DNA of 63,975 nt, filler included, from Welwitschia mirabilis (GCA_051453625.1; 10 parts of one record of this genome joined end to end with filler, not necessarily neighbours in it); one strand, 5' to 3'. Positions 50,901 to 63,975 are shown, numbered from the whole stretch's first letter. A program made the numbers and translations. Notes: generated by a model not told the origin, from the letters alone.

Positions 50901-53599
50901 ATGTCCGTAACAATTGGTATCAGAATCATGGTTATCAGCTGGCCTAGGATTTGAGTTTCCCCTGTGGCTGCTTGATTTATATGTGCACTTGGCGTGTGGA
51001 TCAAGGGGAAAATTTTTAGGTATGTAGTCCCCATGCCTAGCCCAATAAGTGGGTGAATATGAAGGGTTCAAGTTTCCNNNNNNNNNNNNNNNNNNNNNGG
51101 TGTGAAGGTAATAGGCCCAACAAGAGGCTCAAGGTTATTGCTGCCCCATGAGAGTGAAGTAGGCTGGCTTGCCAAACCACTATCAAAATTGTGGTGCGCT
51201 TTCTCTGTTCTATGGTTTAGAGGTTTGTTGATTTCTTGTTAGCTTAATTATCTTAATTCTTAAAGATATTATTAAGACTTTAATTTTTGAAGAACCCTAT
51301 TCACCTCTCCCCTCTAGGGTGTTTTTGATCCTAGCACTTGTTGTCAAAGCTTGGGGGCTTGAGATTCGGTCTCCCCTGCCCTAATGAATATATGTTCACA
51401 GTAGATGACATGCACAAGGTATGCAGAAGAGCAATTTATCTTAAGACCTTCTTTGTTCTCTAGATTAAACTATGCATAGTCCTGCAGTCATAGGATTGTG
51501 AGACTTGGGATATGATGGAATATTGATATGTACCACCTATGAAGGAGGAAAATGAAAAGCTTGTGCTCAAACCTTGGAGTGAATGGGATCCCAATGATAA
51601 GAGGTTTGACCCGATAAACACCTACGCTATGAATGCCCTAATCTATTCCCTCTCTCTAGAGGAGTATAATCAAGTGGTTCAATGCTTAATCATTGAAGAG
51701 ATTTGGGAGAATCTAAAGGTGGCTTATGAAAGTATGAACATAGTAAAGAACGCAAAACTACAAATGCTTGTAACTAGGTTTGAGAACACAGACTCAGAAA
51801 ACAATAGCTGAATGTACTGCCAAGATCAATGATATCCTTAATGGGGTGTAAGGACTTAGAGAAATAGTCCTTAAAAATAAAGTGGTCTGGAAAATACTTA
51901 GAAGCCTCGTAAAGAAGTTTCAACCGAAGTCACAGCAATAGAAGAGAGCAAAGATATTGACACGATCCGAATAGAAGAGCTGAAGGGTTCTCTAATGGAA
52001 TATGAAGCTATTCTTCAACCTAAAGCAGAAGCTTCAAGGAAGAAAAACCTTGGTCTAAAGATGTGTGCTGAAGAGAGCAAGACAACTAAAGAAAAGGAAG
52101 ACAACACATCCAGTGGGGACCTTAACGATGATAATCTAACCCTTTTGGCCAATAACTTCAGAAGATTCCTTTGCAGGAAGAGAAGAAAGCAGGCAAGAAA
52201 GCTCTCCAAACAAAGCAATGACAAAGGTAAGGATTCTTCTAGTCTAATACAATGCTATGAATGTAAAGAGGTTTTAGGCAAATTGTATCTGAATGTGCTA
52301 ATAGGAAGAAAGAGAAGAAACTCAAAGGCAAAAGAAAGAAAGTTCTAAAAGCTACATGGGATGATGATGAAATAGAGGATGACAAATCTTCTAAAAGCTA
52401 CATGGGATGATGATGAAATAGAGGATGACAAATCTTCTTATTCAAGCAAAAATGTGGAGTCTCTCAACTTTGGATTGATATCCACTATGGATGAGGCCTG
52501 TAATCCATTAAATTTGGTTTTGTAGCTATTGAGGATGAATTAGATGGTATTAGTGTGGAAAACTATAATGAATTTGATTTTGAGGATAATGAAATAGCTA
52601 AGGCTTATGAGAAGTCGTATAACATTAGCGTAGACCTTAGAAAGAAAAATGTCTTCTTAAAGAGACAAGTAGTTAATCTGGAATCTAAGTTAAAAGAAGG
52701 TAATGTCAACATTGAAACTCTTTCCAAAGAACTAGATAATGCAAAGATCGCAGCTAATCGACTAGCTAATGGAAAAAAGAATTTTGACAAATTGTTTAGA
52801 CTAGTGAGACCCTTTGACAAATCAGGTATTGGAAGCTCTTCTAGTGTGTCTCCTACGCTTAATTTTTTTGGTCTAAGTACTTAATATCATTCTTTTGGTA
52901 AGGTTAGCCTTAAATGTTTTTATTGTCAAGGGTATAGACCCACCCAATTTTCATATCCATATAAAAAAGCTACCTAATTTGGATATAACCACAATTTCAA
53001 GTTTAAAAACAAAGCTCAAGCTGACCAAAACAAGGATCACAAAAGGAAAAGCAATTGGCAATGGGTTTGGAAGGACTCCTTGATTCAAAATGCCAAAGGT
53101 TACACCATCAAGAATATAAGATTAGATCATGATAGTACAATGAAAAAGCACTATGCGAGGATAACTTCGTATATCTGATAAGGAATCCAGGCGTTGGGGC
53201 ATGTCACTATCAAGTATGATTTATATTCTTAAGCTAGATTTAATCCCATATTGGAAATCATCATAAGTATCTTTAATACACAAAGCAAACCTTTTAGAAT
53301 GTCCCAATGTTTTGTTATGATGTCCTCATTTTCGATCTTTGTATTTTTCCTCTTCTTGTTAAAAAGCTGAAGTATCTGCTTCTCAAGTCATTTCTTTCAC
53401 TTAGTTCTTCAATTGCTCCCTCTCTTTGTCTTCTCTTGCACCATGATGAGACCCAAGCTTGCTGCTTAGAGGAAAGAAAAGGAACCACCCTCCTTGTTAG
53501 ATTCAAACTGGTTCATCTTCAAAGATAGTAGGAAATGCTAGTTTACATTTTTGACATTCCGTTGAGATTAGATGAGGAAGAAGAAGCGACACCTGTTAG
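44982..53599 (+). mobile_element. SIRE-like copia with a split 5' LTR (44982-46073 and ~51028-51336) and a gag remnant
   Basis: Decayed GGACATCC/GGATGTCC array 45160-45412, LTR end accctattcacctctcccctctaggg...gatcctagca, degenerate PBS ~51339, gag KPWSEWDPNDK / SLSLEEYNQV / AKLQMLVTRFE / IQCYECK. pol is largely deleted. Confidence 0.75.
46074..50925 (+). mobile_element. Tork/Tnt1-like Ty1/copia with complete but degenerate gag-pol and a single LTR
   Basis: PBS tggcatcagagc 46077-46088, gag (CWHCKKKGH), protease WILDSGASFH, LWHKRLGH, integrase (ITDNASEY, IERYNRT), RT (FLHGDL, LCVDNILV, RDRSCGKLWLSQ), RNaseH (TKHIDVRYYFIR), PPT aagtgggagag 50452-50462, LTR 50463-50912. Confidence 0.92.
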
Positions 53600-53806
53600 T
53601 GTTGAAGAAAATATTTTCAATGATGAAGTTTCTAGCTCAAGAAAACAAGAATTTATCAGCTAGGGATGTCCGACCTGTCAATCTGGGACGTCCGACCCTG
53701 TATGCAGGTTTTTATACAGGGACGTCCGACCTGTCAATCTGGGACGTCCGACCCTGTATGCAGTTTTTTATACAGGGACGTCCGCCCTGTCAATCTGGGA
53801 CGTCCG
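53600..53806 (+). repeat. Start of a young SIRE-like LTR with tandem gggacgtccg units
   Basis: tgttgaag...ttttcaatgatgaag start like the 30979 LTR; tandem units of about 55-60 bp with intact GGACGTCC palindromes; runs into a gap. Confidence 0.75.
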
Positions 53807-53906
53807 NNNNNNNNNNNNNNNNNNNNNNNNNNNNNNNNNNNNNNNNNNNNTTAATTAATTAANNNNNNNNNNNNNNNNNNNNNNNNNNNNNNNNNNNNNN
53901 NNNNNN

Positions 53907-56900
53907 ATGCTTGCTACTCTTCTTAATATAAACTCTATTTTCTTTATTGTGTATTAGTTTGTTTAATGATCCTTATAGTTTATGTTGCCTTTGATCTGAT
54001 GACAATTTGTTAGATGATATACATCATCAAGGGCAGCCTTTATTAAGGCTAAAAGTAAGTAGTTTAGTTCATTTGCATTTTATTTAGATTAGTTACATTT
54101 TTCATTTACATTACATCCTTTATTTCTAATATTGTTATTTACTTCTATTTTCCATTTTCTTTACNNNNNNNNNNNNNNNNNNNNNNNNNNNNNNNNNNNN
54201 NNNNNNNNNNNNNNNNNNNNNNNNNNNNNNNNNNNNNNNNNNNNNNNNNNNNGAGAAATCTATTTTATTTTTTGAATGACAGAACCCCTTTAAATATAAA
54301 CACTTGCAGAAATACACACCATAATAAATTAGTATCATTGCCGAGGAAGCCTACTGAAGAGTATAAGGATTATTATCATTTGGGTGTGTATATCAAATTT
54401 TGATTTAGTTATTTATCCATAGAAATATTATATTTTTATTAAAAACTATAGGTTTTTATTTTTTATTTTTAGTTTTAATTTCAGTTTCAATTTTCTATAG
54501 GAAAATAGCCATTATCGCCTCTGTCGTCCCCACGATAGAAAGAACAATAGTTTGTAATTTTAGTTTTTATTTTTAATATTATATTTAGGATTTCAATTAA
54601 TAAACTTAGTTTCTATCATCTCCTTTATCATTTGGATGATCAAGTAGATGATAGATAGTGTTCCTTTTTTAGATTTTTGGCTTTCTATTTAGTTTCTGTT
54701 TTTCTGCTTTCTCTGTTCATCATTCCTTCTATGATACCCATGATAGTCAAGTTGATAATATTGTTTTTGATCTGTTTTTTATTATTTTTTGCTTATGGGA
54801 TGCTGTAATATGGTCACCATAGAAAAGAAATATCAGAGAGAGAGACTACTAATAAAAAAAGAACATTAGAGAAGCACTAGTGGACATTAAAATTAAATCA
54901 GAAAAGTAACCTCCAGGTGCATACAATCCTCCTTCTAAATTTATTTTTTTTGAATCAGATTTCCTTAAAGAAAATCCTATAGAAGGAGAAAACTAGTTTA
55001 CAATATTGAGTGCCATCTGAAAGCAAAAATAAGTTATAGGATCTTCTACCCCTAATCCTAATGCAAACCTTACCCTTAGAAAATTATTAGCTAATAAGAA
55101 ATGAGAGATTCAAACCCCTTTTGATCTATTCCTAGGAGATGACATTGTGCTTAAGAACTTAAATTCCTATCAAACTTTTAGTGGAGAAAATGATGAGGAT
55201 TTCCTTTAACTCTTGTAGATATAGAATAATTAATCCTCACCTCAAGAAATGGGGAAAAAAATTAGTGATAGAACATACATGATAATATTTTCTATGACAT
55301 TAAAAGGTCGAGATAAAAATTGGCTAAATACCATACCCCACAAAAGCTTAAAAACTTAAGAATCAGGAAAACTTCATCAAAAGATTTATGAGTGAAGAGA
55401 CTGTGAGAAAAAGGAAAAAGAAACTAATAAACTTTCAACAAAAACTAAATGAAGATTATGACTTTACAAACAAAGATTTATTTATAGCAATCCATTCTAA
55501 TCTAGTAGATGATTTCTTATGAGAAGAACTAGTAAGCTACTTTTATAGTGGATTAATTCCACACATAAAATAACTTGTAGATTTCTCTTGTGGTGGAAAT
55601 GTTATAAACCTTATGTTAGAANNNNNNNNNNNNNNNNNNNNNNNNNNNNNNNNNNNTCAATATCAAAGAAAAATCACATTGTAGTCTAAATTATCAAACA
55701 TTTAAATGAGGTAAAACAAAAATATGTAGAATACAATCCTGTAAATTTCATAAGATATTTTACAACAACCTTGGAGAAGTATACAAAAATGATTTTAGAT
55801 GAAAAATTTGTAACTAAGAGAAATGTTGTGAAAACCTATGTTTTATCTAAGGATAATTATCATATCACTAAAAACTATCCTCTATTATAAACATATAACA
55901 AAAGAATATGTAAATAAGTTTGTGCTTTTAATTAAACATCTTAAAAATTTAAAAATTAAAATTAGGCACAATCAAAGTTGAATACTCATTTTTAAAATAA
56001 CTCTCAACCTTTTAGAGACTGATTTGAAAACTTAAACTTCCAACCAAGATCACCCAGCTTTTAACATTTCAATGATTAACTCACAAATATTTTAGATGAA
56101 ATGAAAAAAACACATAAAACAAAAAATTCCAAACTTGATAACTTGGTAAATGTCCTTCAATAAACAATGCAAAACCAAAGACCTCAAAGAACATTAGCTA
56201 CAGAAATAAGAAAAGAATGTAAGGTTGTGACAAGAAGTGGATAAGAAACAAAATCTCCTTCATATGAATCTTCGACCTCCCAAAATAACTTTAAAGATGA
56301 TAAAGAAGAAGAGAAAGAAATTAAAATATTAGAAGATTATAACTTTAAAATATTAGAAGATTATAACTTTCCTTCTCTTGATAAAAAGAAAACGAAAAAT
56401 TATTCGCAATAATAATCAATCACCCCTTATCNNNNNNNNNNNNNNNNNNNNNNNNNNNNNNNNNNNNNNNNNNNNNNNNNNNNNNNNNNNNNNNNNNNNN
56501 NNNNNNNNNNNNNNNNNNNNNNNNNNNNNNNAAGACCTCAAAGAACATTAGCTACAGAAATAAGAAAAGAATGTAAGGTTGCGACAAGAAGTGGATAAGA
56601 AACAAAATCTCCTTCATATGAACCTTTGACCTCCCAAAATAACTTTAAAGATGATAAAGAAGAAGAGAAAGAAATTAAAATATTAGAAGATTATAACTTT
56701 CCTTCTCTTGATAAAAAGAAAAAGAAAAATTATTCGCAATAATAATCAATCACCCCTTATCTTGATAGGCTTAACAACAATTTAAATTTTAATGAACACC
56801 TAAAAGCCTTGATGAAAAATATAAGCATAAACTCACCATTTTCAAAATTATTGTAATAAAATTTGAGGTACTCAAAACTATGAAAAGACTTGATAAGAAG

Positions 56901-59342
56901 AAAATAAAAACGAGTNNNNNNNNNNNNNNNNNNNNNNNNNNNNNNNNNNNNNNNNNNNNNNNNNNNNNNNNNNNNNNNNNNNNNNNNNNNNNNNNNNNNN
57001 NNNNNNNNNNNNNNNNNNNNNNNNNNNNNNNNNNNNNNNNNNNNNNNNNNNNNNNNNNNNNNNNNNNNNNNNNNNNNNNNNNNNNNNNNNNNNNNNNNNN
57101 NNNNNNNNNNNNNNNNNNNNNNNNNNNNNAATCTTTAAAAATAATTAAAGATTTAGCAATCCAAATTAAAGAGGCTTGCTATCCAATAAATGTGATTATC
57201 ATAGAAGTTGAACATAATAGAGGATACCCTTGACTTCTAGAATGAGCCTTTTATGTAATAGCCCACTGCATCATTGACACAAGAGCTAAAATAATGAAAT
57301 GTTACTTTGGAAATATAATGTTTATAATTAGGGTCTTTGATACAGTACAAAAAGGTCTAAGTGATGATGAAATGAACTTAGAAGATAACATTAAACCAAT
57401 CTTATTCCTGTAACATCATTTCCTTAAATAAAAAGAGCTAACATTACATGATCTAACTTTGAAAATAAAGAGTAATAGAACCTATTGATTATAAGGAAGT
57501 TCAACTTTTTAACTTATACCTTGAGGAAGATTATCCACTACATGAGCCAGAAATTGAAAATCTTAATTTGGATGTGAAAAACATTTTTAATGGACTAAAT
57601 AATAATTTTCTCTATGATAATTAAAATAAAACTCTTATAATCAATGAAAATCATTTACAAGAGTCAACAATAAACTTCCCTTGGAATTTCAAAATTCATA
57701 CTTTCATGAGGTTACATAGAGTTTTATCTTTTATCCCTCTCTTCTTTCAATTGATGTTACTTAAAAATAATTGCATACCTTTAATTTTTTATCAATTAGT
57801 GAAATTTTGATTTGGGATTTATTTCTTTGAAAATCTTGAGGCCATCTAAATAGATCCTTCCTTATTTCTTTCTTTTCAATAAAAAAGTGTTGATTAGATT
57901 TTTAGGATTTAAATAAAATTTGTTGTTTTTGGTGTTTTCTTTCTGGTTTTTGTAATTCTAATATTTAACTTTTTTTTTTAGATTTCTATTTTGATTTTGT
58001 ATGTGTGTTGTCCCTTCTATCATTCCCACAACAGTCAAGATGACAATCTCTATTTTCAATTTTTACCCTCAGTTTTTTGCTAAATTTTTCCTTTCTATTT
58101 CGATTTTCTATCTCTATCATCCTCTCTATTGTCTGGATGATGATCAGGATGATAGTTAGTTAATAATTGATTTTTTTTATTATTTTAAGAAAATACATTT
58201 TTATGGTCCTATTAATATTTCTAATTTGACTACTTAAGAATTTTCANNNNNNNNNNNNNNNNNNNNNNNNNNNNNNNNNNNNNNNNNNNNNNNNNNNNNN
58301 NNNNNNNNNNNNNNNNNNNNNNNNNNNNNNNNNNNNNNNNNNNNNNTTTGATTTTCTATCTCTATCATCCTCTCTATCGTCTGGATGATGATTAAGATGA
58401 TAGTTAGTTAATAATTGATTTTTTTATTATTTTAAGAAAATACATTTTTATGGTCCTATTAAGATTTCTAATTTGACTACTTAAGAATTTTCAAAAGCTA
58501 ATGAACACATGTTAGAATTAATTGAGAAAATCATCCAAATTTTCTCTTAGCTTTTTTCTTTGGAGGTCATTATGACATTACTTGATCATCTTTGAAATAT
58601 GACTTATGTATTTATTTCCATGATTAGTCTTTTGAATTGGGTATTTTATGGTAGTAAGAATGGATTCATCCAATCTTAAGACATTCACATGTCTACGAAC
58701 TTTAGTTAAAGGAAGGTGCTTTATTTTTATGTTTTTCTCAGAATAGGTCTTAGATTATTTAAAGGTGTTCTTTTTTATTTTCATTTTATGACTTTACCTT
58801 TTTTTTAGAGTGTTTTATTATGTGAAATGTTTTCTTTATTACATAAAAAAGAAAAAGGAAAAAAAAGAGCAAAAAATAAGACCATAATATTTTATATCTA
58901 TGCTACTTCAAAAACATGGTCACTATGATATCCTACTGTAAGTACACCGGGGTAAATATTTTTAAGAAGAGCCTTTGGTAGCATAATATAATAGCTATGG
59001 AAAATCCACTTAGAGGTTAGTTGGTCATGCTTCATAGGTCCTTACTTCTTTGATGGTGGTTGCACTTTCCTCATTAGGGATAATAAAGTGTAGTAAACTT
59101 TAAGGCTATGGAATCAATGGTATTCCTGGTCTCATCAGAAATGGCTTATTTCCTAGACTCTTAGTCTTTCCACATGATTATTTCATTTTTTGAGATTCTA
59201 CTATTTGTTTTAAGATGTTGGTAGAAGAGTTCATGTTCGAGTAAGTCTTTGGTCTGATCATTCATTGTTTAAAGCATTTCTTTAGATTGTCATAATCATT
59301 GCCTCATTAAATGAAATTTTTTTATATATTAGGTCATGCATT
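53907..59342 (+). mobile_element. Heavily eroded Athila-like gypsy (LTR end, PBS, gag/protease remnant, 3' non-coding)
   Basis: PBS-like tagtatcattgccgagga (54330-54347) versus Athila tggcgccgttgccgggga; gag-like FSMTLKGRDKNWLNTIP and FYSGLIP...VDFSCGG; protease-like IIKDLAIQIKEACYPINVIIIEV. Confidence 0.7.
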
Positions 59343-59442
59343 NNNNNNNNNNNNNNNNNNNNNNNNNNNNNNNNNNNNNNNNNNNNTTAATTAATTAANN
59401 NNNNNNNNNNNNNNNNNNNNNNNNNNNNNNNNNNNNNNNNNN

Positions 59443-61300
59443 ATTTCAGATTCTTCCAATTTCTTGGGTCTATTTTTAAAACCTAAAAAACATAAGCATA
59501 TAAATCTTTCATAGATCCTATTATCTTTATTTTTGAATTAAATTATCTAATAATAGATTCTAAAGAATGATCTTTAAGTAAGTTGGGATTTTTCAGTGTG
59601 CCGTTTTTTACTGGAACTTTATTAGCTTTGGTAGATCCTTCGTTGGTTATGGGGATGCTTGTAGTTATAATTTCCTATTCATTTATGTAGTTTGGTCTTG
59701 TTTAAATCTCATTAATTTATACATTTATGGATTCTTCCATCATTAAGATTTTCTTGTTGAAAAGATGATAGGCTCTACTTATAGTTCAGTAACTAAAGAA
59801 GATAGCATCATCTGCTTTAGACTTGAATTTGCTCAAATGTTCTCTATCTTTCAGAACATAGCATTTACTTCCAAAGACTTTAAAATAAAACACATTTGGT
59901 TGTTTTTATTTCTATAACTCATATGGTGTTTTATCTATACCAGACCTAAGATATACTCTTTTAATAATGTAGCATGTTGTTCTAACTATCTTAGCCTGGA
60001 AATATTTAGAAATCTCCTTATCATTTAGCATAGTTTGTATTATTTCTTGGAGGACTCTATCCTTTCTTTTGGCTATACCATTTTGTTATGGTGTTTTCGA
60101 GGCTGAAAATTGATGATCAATTTCATTTTCAATATAATATTTTTTAAAAAAATGATTTTCAAATTCATCACCATGATTGCTTCTTATTTTCTTTATGGTA
60201 TACCCATTTTTGTTTTGAATCTTATTGCATATTTTAACCCAATGTTTGTAAGCTTTAGATTTGTTGGACAAGAAGGCTACCCATGTATATCCAGATAAAT
60301 CATTAATCATAGTAAGAAAATAATGTTTTCCATCTAGACTTTAAGTTTAAGCATAGCTAACTAGATCCATATGAATAAGCTCTAATGGCATAGATGTGGA
60401 TGTTTGGTTTTTGCTTTTATATGAGGTCCTAATTTGTTTTACCTCTTGGCAAGCATCACATAAGCCTTATTTTTCTATATTTATCTTAAGAATACCTTTC
60501 ATAATATTTTTATGAATAATTATTTTTAACTGATCATAATTAACATGACCTAAACATTTATGCCAAAGATTTTCTTGAGGAATATTTAAAAAACAACATG
60601 GAAAAAATGATTTATCTATGCTATAAATGTTGTCTATTATACTTNNNNNNNNNNNNNNNNNNNNNNNNNNNNNNNNNNNNNNNNNNNNNNNNNNNNNNNN
60701 NNNNNNNNNNNNNNNNNNNNNNNNNNNNNNNNNNNNNNNNNNNNATTAACATGACCTAAACATTTATGCCAAAGATTTTCTTGATGAATATTTAAAAAAC
60801 AACATGGAGAAAATGATTTATCTATGCTATAAATGTTGTCTATTATACTTACTCTAAGAATTACATCATTTAATTTTCTATGAAAAATTTCACATTTTGA
60901 TTTGTTAAAGACTACTTTGTGACTTTTGTCATAGATTTGACTGATGCTTAATAAATTATTCTTTAAACCATTTATATACAAAAATTCATTAATTCTAGGA
61001 ATGTTAACTCCACCAATGCTTCCAATGCCTTCTATTTTTACTCTCCCATTATCCCTGAAAGTCATCTTTTCTCCATCAAAGTTGCATAGTTGCTTAAATC
61101 TAGATTTGTCTCCTGTCATATGCCTTGAACACCTACTATCTAGATACTAGCTTATGCTGTTTAAAACCTTGAAAGCTATTTGAATTAAAAGACTTTTAAG
61201 ATCATTAGATTTTACATGGTACATCTCCTTTAAGAATAAATTTAAAAGGAAAGGTACTAACTAAGTTTGAAAACAACATCAATTTTCTAGCATTACATAA
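59443..61300 (-). mobile_element. SIRE-like copia protease-integrase fragment
   Basis: DSRCSRHMTGDKSRF, LWHKCLGHVN, YTWVAFLSNKSKA...IRSNHGDEFEN...SASKTP. Confidence 0.85.
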
Positions 61301-61400
61301 NNNNNNNNNNNNNNNNNNNNNNNNNNNNNNNNNNNNNNNNNNNNTTAATTAATTAANNNNNNNNNNNNNNNNNNNNNNNNNNNNNNNNNNNNNNNNNNNN

Positions 61401-62640
61401 ACCTGCTAAGCATCAGAAGTCGGTCATCCAGTACTATCGTCCGGATGATAGTTGGGATGATAGGCTCATCAAAAGATTTTTGAAACTGAAACCTATGACA
61501 AAAATTAAATTTTTATTAATTAAGTAATACTGATAAATAGCCCCTTCACTGTGATAAACAGTCAAATATAAAGATAATCATGTAAAAATCGATGTCTCCT
61601 ATTTTCATAACTGGCTTGGAAGGAGGACTTGCAATAATGATTCTCATAAATTTTCAAAAATATGCAAGAATACTAAAAATATGTGTGTCCTACCCCCCAC
61701 TTAAAATATGCAATACATCCTGAATTACTNNNNNNNNNNNNNNNNNNNNNNNNNNNNNNNNNNNNNNNNNNNNNNNNNNNNNNNNNNNNNNNNNNNNNNN
61801 NNNNNNNNNNNNNNNNNNNNNNNNGTAAATGGACATAAGAAACAAGGAGAATATTGTATACCTATTCTAAGTACTAACATAACAAATTTCAAAGGAAAAC
61901 ATTATAATATCACCTGAGTAAATATGCATGACAAAATGTATTAACTTCATAAAGTTCATTCAAAAAAGTAGTGGTTATGACGATATCCAAAGTGTCAAGT
62001 ATGTAGTACAATGAAAGTCAAAACTAAAAGTTATTAAGAAATGCACTCACTTGTTTTAATNNNNNNNNNNNNNNNNNNNNAGGAGTGCAACCACTATCAG
62101 AGGAGTAATAACTCATAAAGAATGACCAACTTATCCCCAATGGAGTTTCCACAGCTACCATATTACACTACCAAAGGCTCCTCTCAGAAATATTTGCCTT
62201 GGTGTACTTGTCGTAGGACATCATGTTTGTCACACTCTCTCTCTCTCCTTTTTTTCTTTCTTTTGGAAACATAAAAGAAGACAATTCTCACATGATCACA
62301 TACTTAAGAAAGAAGAAGATGAATAAATAAGATAAAAGATAGAAAAAAACAATATTAGATAACTAAAGATTTAACCAGTATTGAAAAAAACATAAGAAAC
62401 TAAGACATCTTCCTGTAAATACAGTCCATAGACATGACAATGTCTTAAGATTGGGTGAATCCAATCTTACCACCTATAAATGCACAAGTATAAAACTAAT
62501 CATGATACTTTACAAAGTAATACATAAGCTAAGTTTGAAAGATGATTAGATAAAGTCATAATATTTAATCAAACGAGTAGGCTGAGAAAGAACTTAGATA
62601 ATGATAGGAAGGAAGTTCTCCTCACAGAGGGAAACCTCCA
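61401..62640 (-). mobile_element. Second Athila-family fragment, inverted relative to the 58-59 kb copy
   Basis: The reverse complement of 62125-62225 aligns with 58925-59030 (aagtacacc...gagcctttggtag...gttggtcat). Confidence 0.65.
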
Positions 62641-62835
62641 AAACAAATGCATCTACCATGTTCACAGTTGTGTCTAAAGATTCTCATATAATTTCAACCA
62701 TTGTTGATGTGCATATGCTATTTCATACTCTTTTTNNNNNNNNNNNNNNNNNNNNNNNNNNNNNNNNNNNNNNNNNNNNTTAATTAATTAANNNNNNNNN
62801 NNNNNNNNNNNNNNNNNNNNNNNNNNNNNNNNNNN

Positions 62836-63975
62836 TGTAAGCAGTTTGAAGCATACTTTATTGAGCATTAGTCAAATTTGTGATAAAGGTCATAAAGTAG
62901 TATTTAATAAATCAAAACATGAAATTGTGCATGGAAAACCAAATTCTTAGAGCTATCAGAATAGATAATATGTATAACATAGATCAATGGATTTCTTCTT
63001 GTGATTTCTTGAATGTTCCTCAAGATGACTTGTGACATAAATTTTTAAGACATGTTAATTATGATCAATTAAAAATGATTATTTGAAAAAATATTGTTAG
63101 AGGAATTCCTAAGGTAAATATAGAAAAATAAGGGTTGTGTGATGTATGTTAAAAAGGAAAATAAATTAGAACCTCTCATAAGAGTAAAACTCATGTTTCC
63201 ACTTTAATGCCATTAGAACTTACTCATATGGATTTAGTTGGACTTACTCAAACTCGTAGTCTAGGTGGAAAATGTTATTTTCTTACAATGGTTGATGACT
63301 AATCTAGATATACTTGGATTGCCTTTTTGTCCAACAAATCTGAAGCTTACAAGCATTGGGTTGAAATTTGCAATAAGATCCAAAATGAAAAGGGTTACAC
63401 TATAAAGAAAATAAGAAGTGATCATGATGGTAAATTTGAAAATTATTTTTTTGAAAAGTATTACATTGAAAACGGTATTGATCACTAATTTTAAGCTCCA
63501 AAGACACCACAACAGAATGGTATAGCTGAAATAAAGAATAGAGTTCTTCAAGAAATGGCTCGAACTATGCTAAATGATAAATAAGTACCTAAATATTTTT
63601 GGATTGAAACCATCACAATAGCATGTTAGATTATTAATAGATTTTATCTTAAATTGGGTACTAATAAAATACCTTATAAGCTATGAAATGGAAGACAACA
63701 AAATGTGTCATATTTTAAGGTATTTGGAAGTAAATGTTATTTTCTAAAGATAGAGAACATTTGAGTAAATTTGAATCAAAATCTAATAAAGCCATCTTTT
63801 TAGGATACTCAACAAGAAGCAGAGCCTATCGTGTGTTCAACAAAAGAAGCCTTATTGTAGAAGAGTCAATAAATGTACAAATTGATGAAGTTGACCCAAA
63901 AGTAAGAAACTTAGATGAAGAAGAAATCATAAACCTAAGTATTTCCACTTCAAATGAAGGTGTTACCCAAACAAA
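62836..63975 (+). mobile_element. SIRE-like copia integrase fragment (same family as 59443-61300)
   Basis: PLELTHMDLVG, YTWIAFLSNKSEA, IRSDHDGKFEN, TPQQNGIAE, RAYRVFNKRSLIVEESINV, with many stops. Confidence 0.88.

Noticed and set aside
56172..56761. Near-identical direct repeats flanking N gaps (also 58098-58493 and 60538-60850)
   Set aside because: The copies sit on either side of gaps and are most simply unmerged contig overlaps or haplotypes.
59443..63975. Large inverted arrangement of SIRE pol fragments suggesting a fold-back structure
   Set aside because: The copies are clearly diverged and lie on separate contigs joined by linker gaps, so orientation and adjacency are unreliable.

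Overview
Eukaryotic plant nuclear DNA, probably from a large-genome non-flowering vascular plant (inferred from the divergent host protein and a conifer-type Tat-like protease). It comes from a gapped scaffold with many N runs and artificial N-TTAATTAATTAA-N linkers. The only host gene I can support is FKGP (bifunctional L-fucokinase/GDP-L-fucose pyrophosphorylase) on the minus strand: three internal exons (40783-40534, 19011-18641, 15316-15190) with canonical, phase-compatible splice sites. I found no upstream or downstream exons, so essentially the whole window is FKGP intron. The introns hold nested, decayed TEs: a CRM-like chromovirus, an intron-rich hAT and related MITEs, Tork/Tnt1-like copia elements, several SIRE-like copia elements, Tat-like and Athila-like gypsy remnants, solo LTRs and a tRNA-derived SINE. 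No TE has an intact ORF. I see no unambiguous new multi-gene system. The best candidates for novelty are (i) FKGP exons that begin with 5'-splice-site motifs (AG|GTAAGC, AG|GTATGT) next to TE-expanded introns, resembling recursive-splicing exons, (ii) a copia arranged PBS-internal-LTR-PBS with no 5' LTR, and (iii) strong C>T/G>A erosion of repeats at 54-64 kb.
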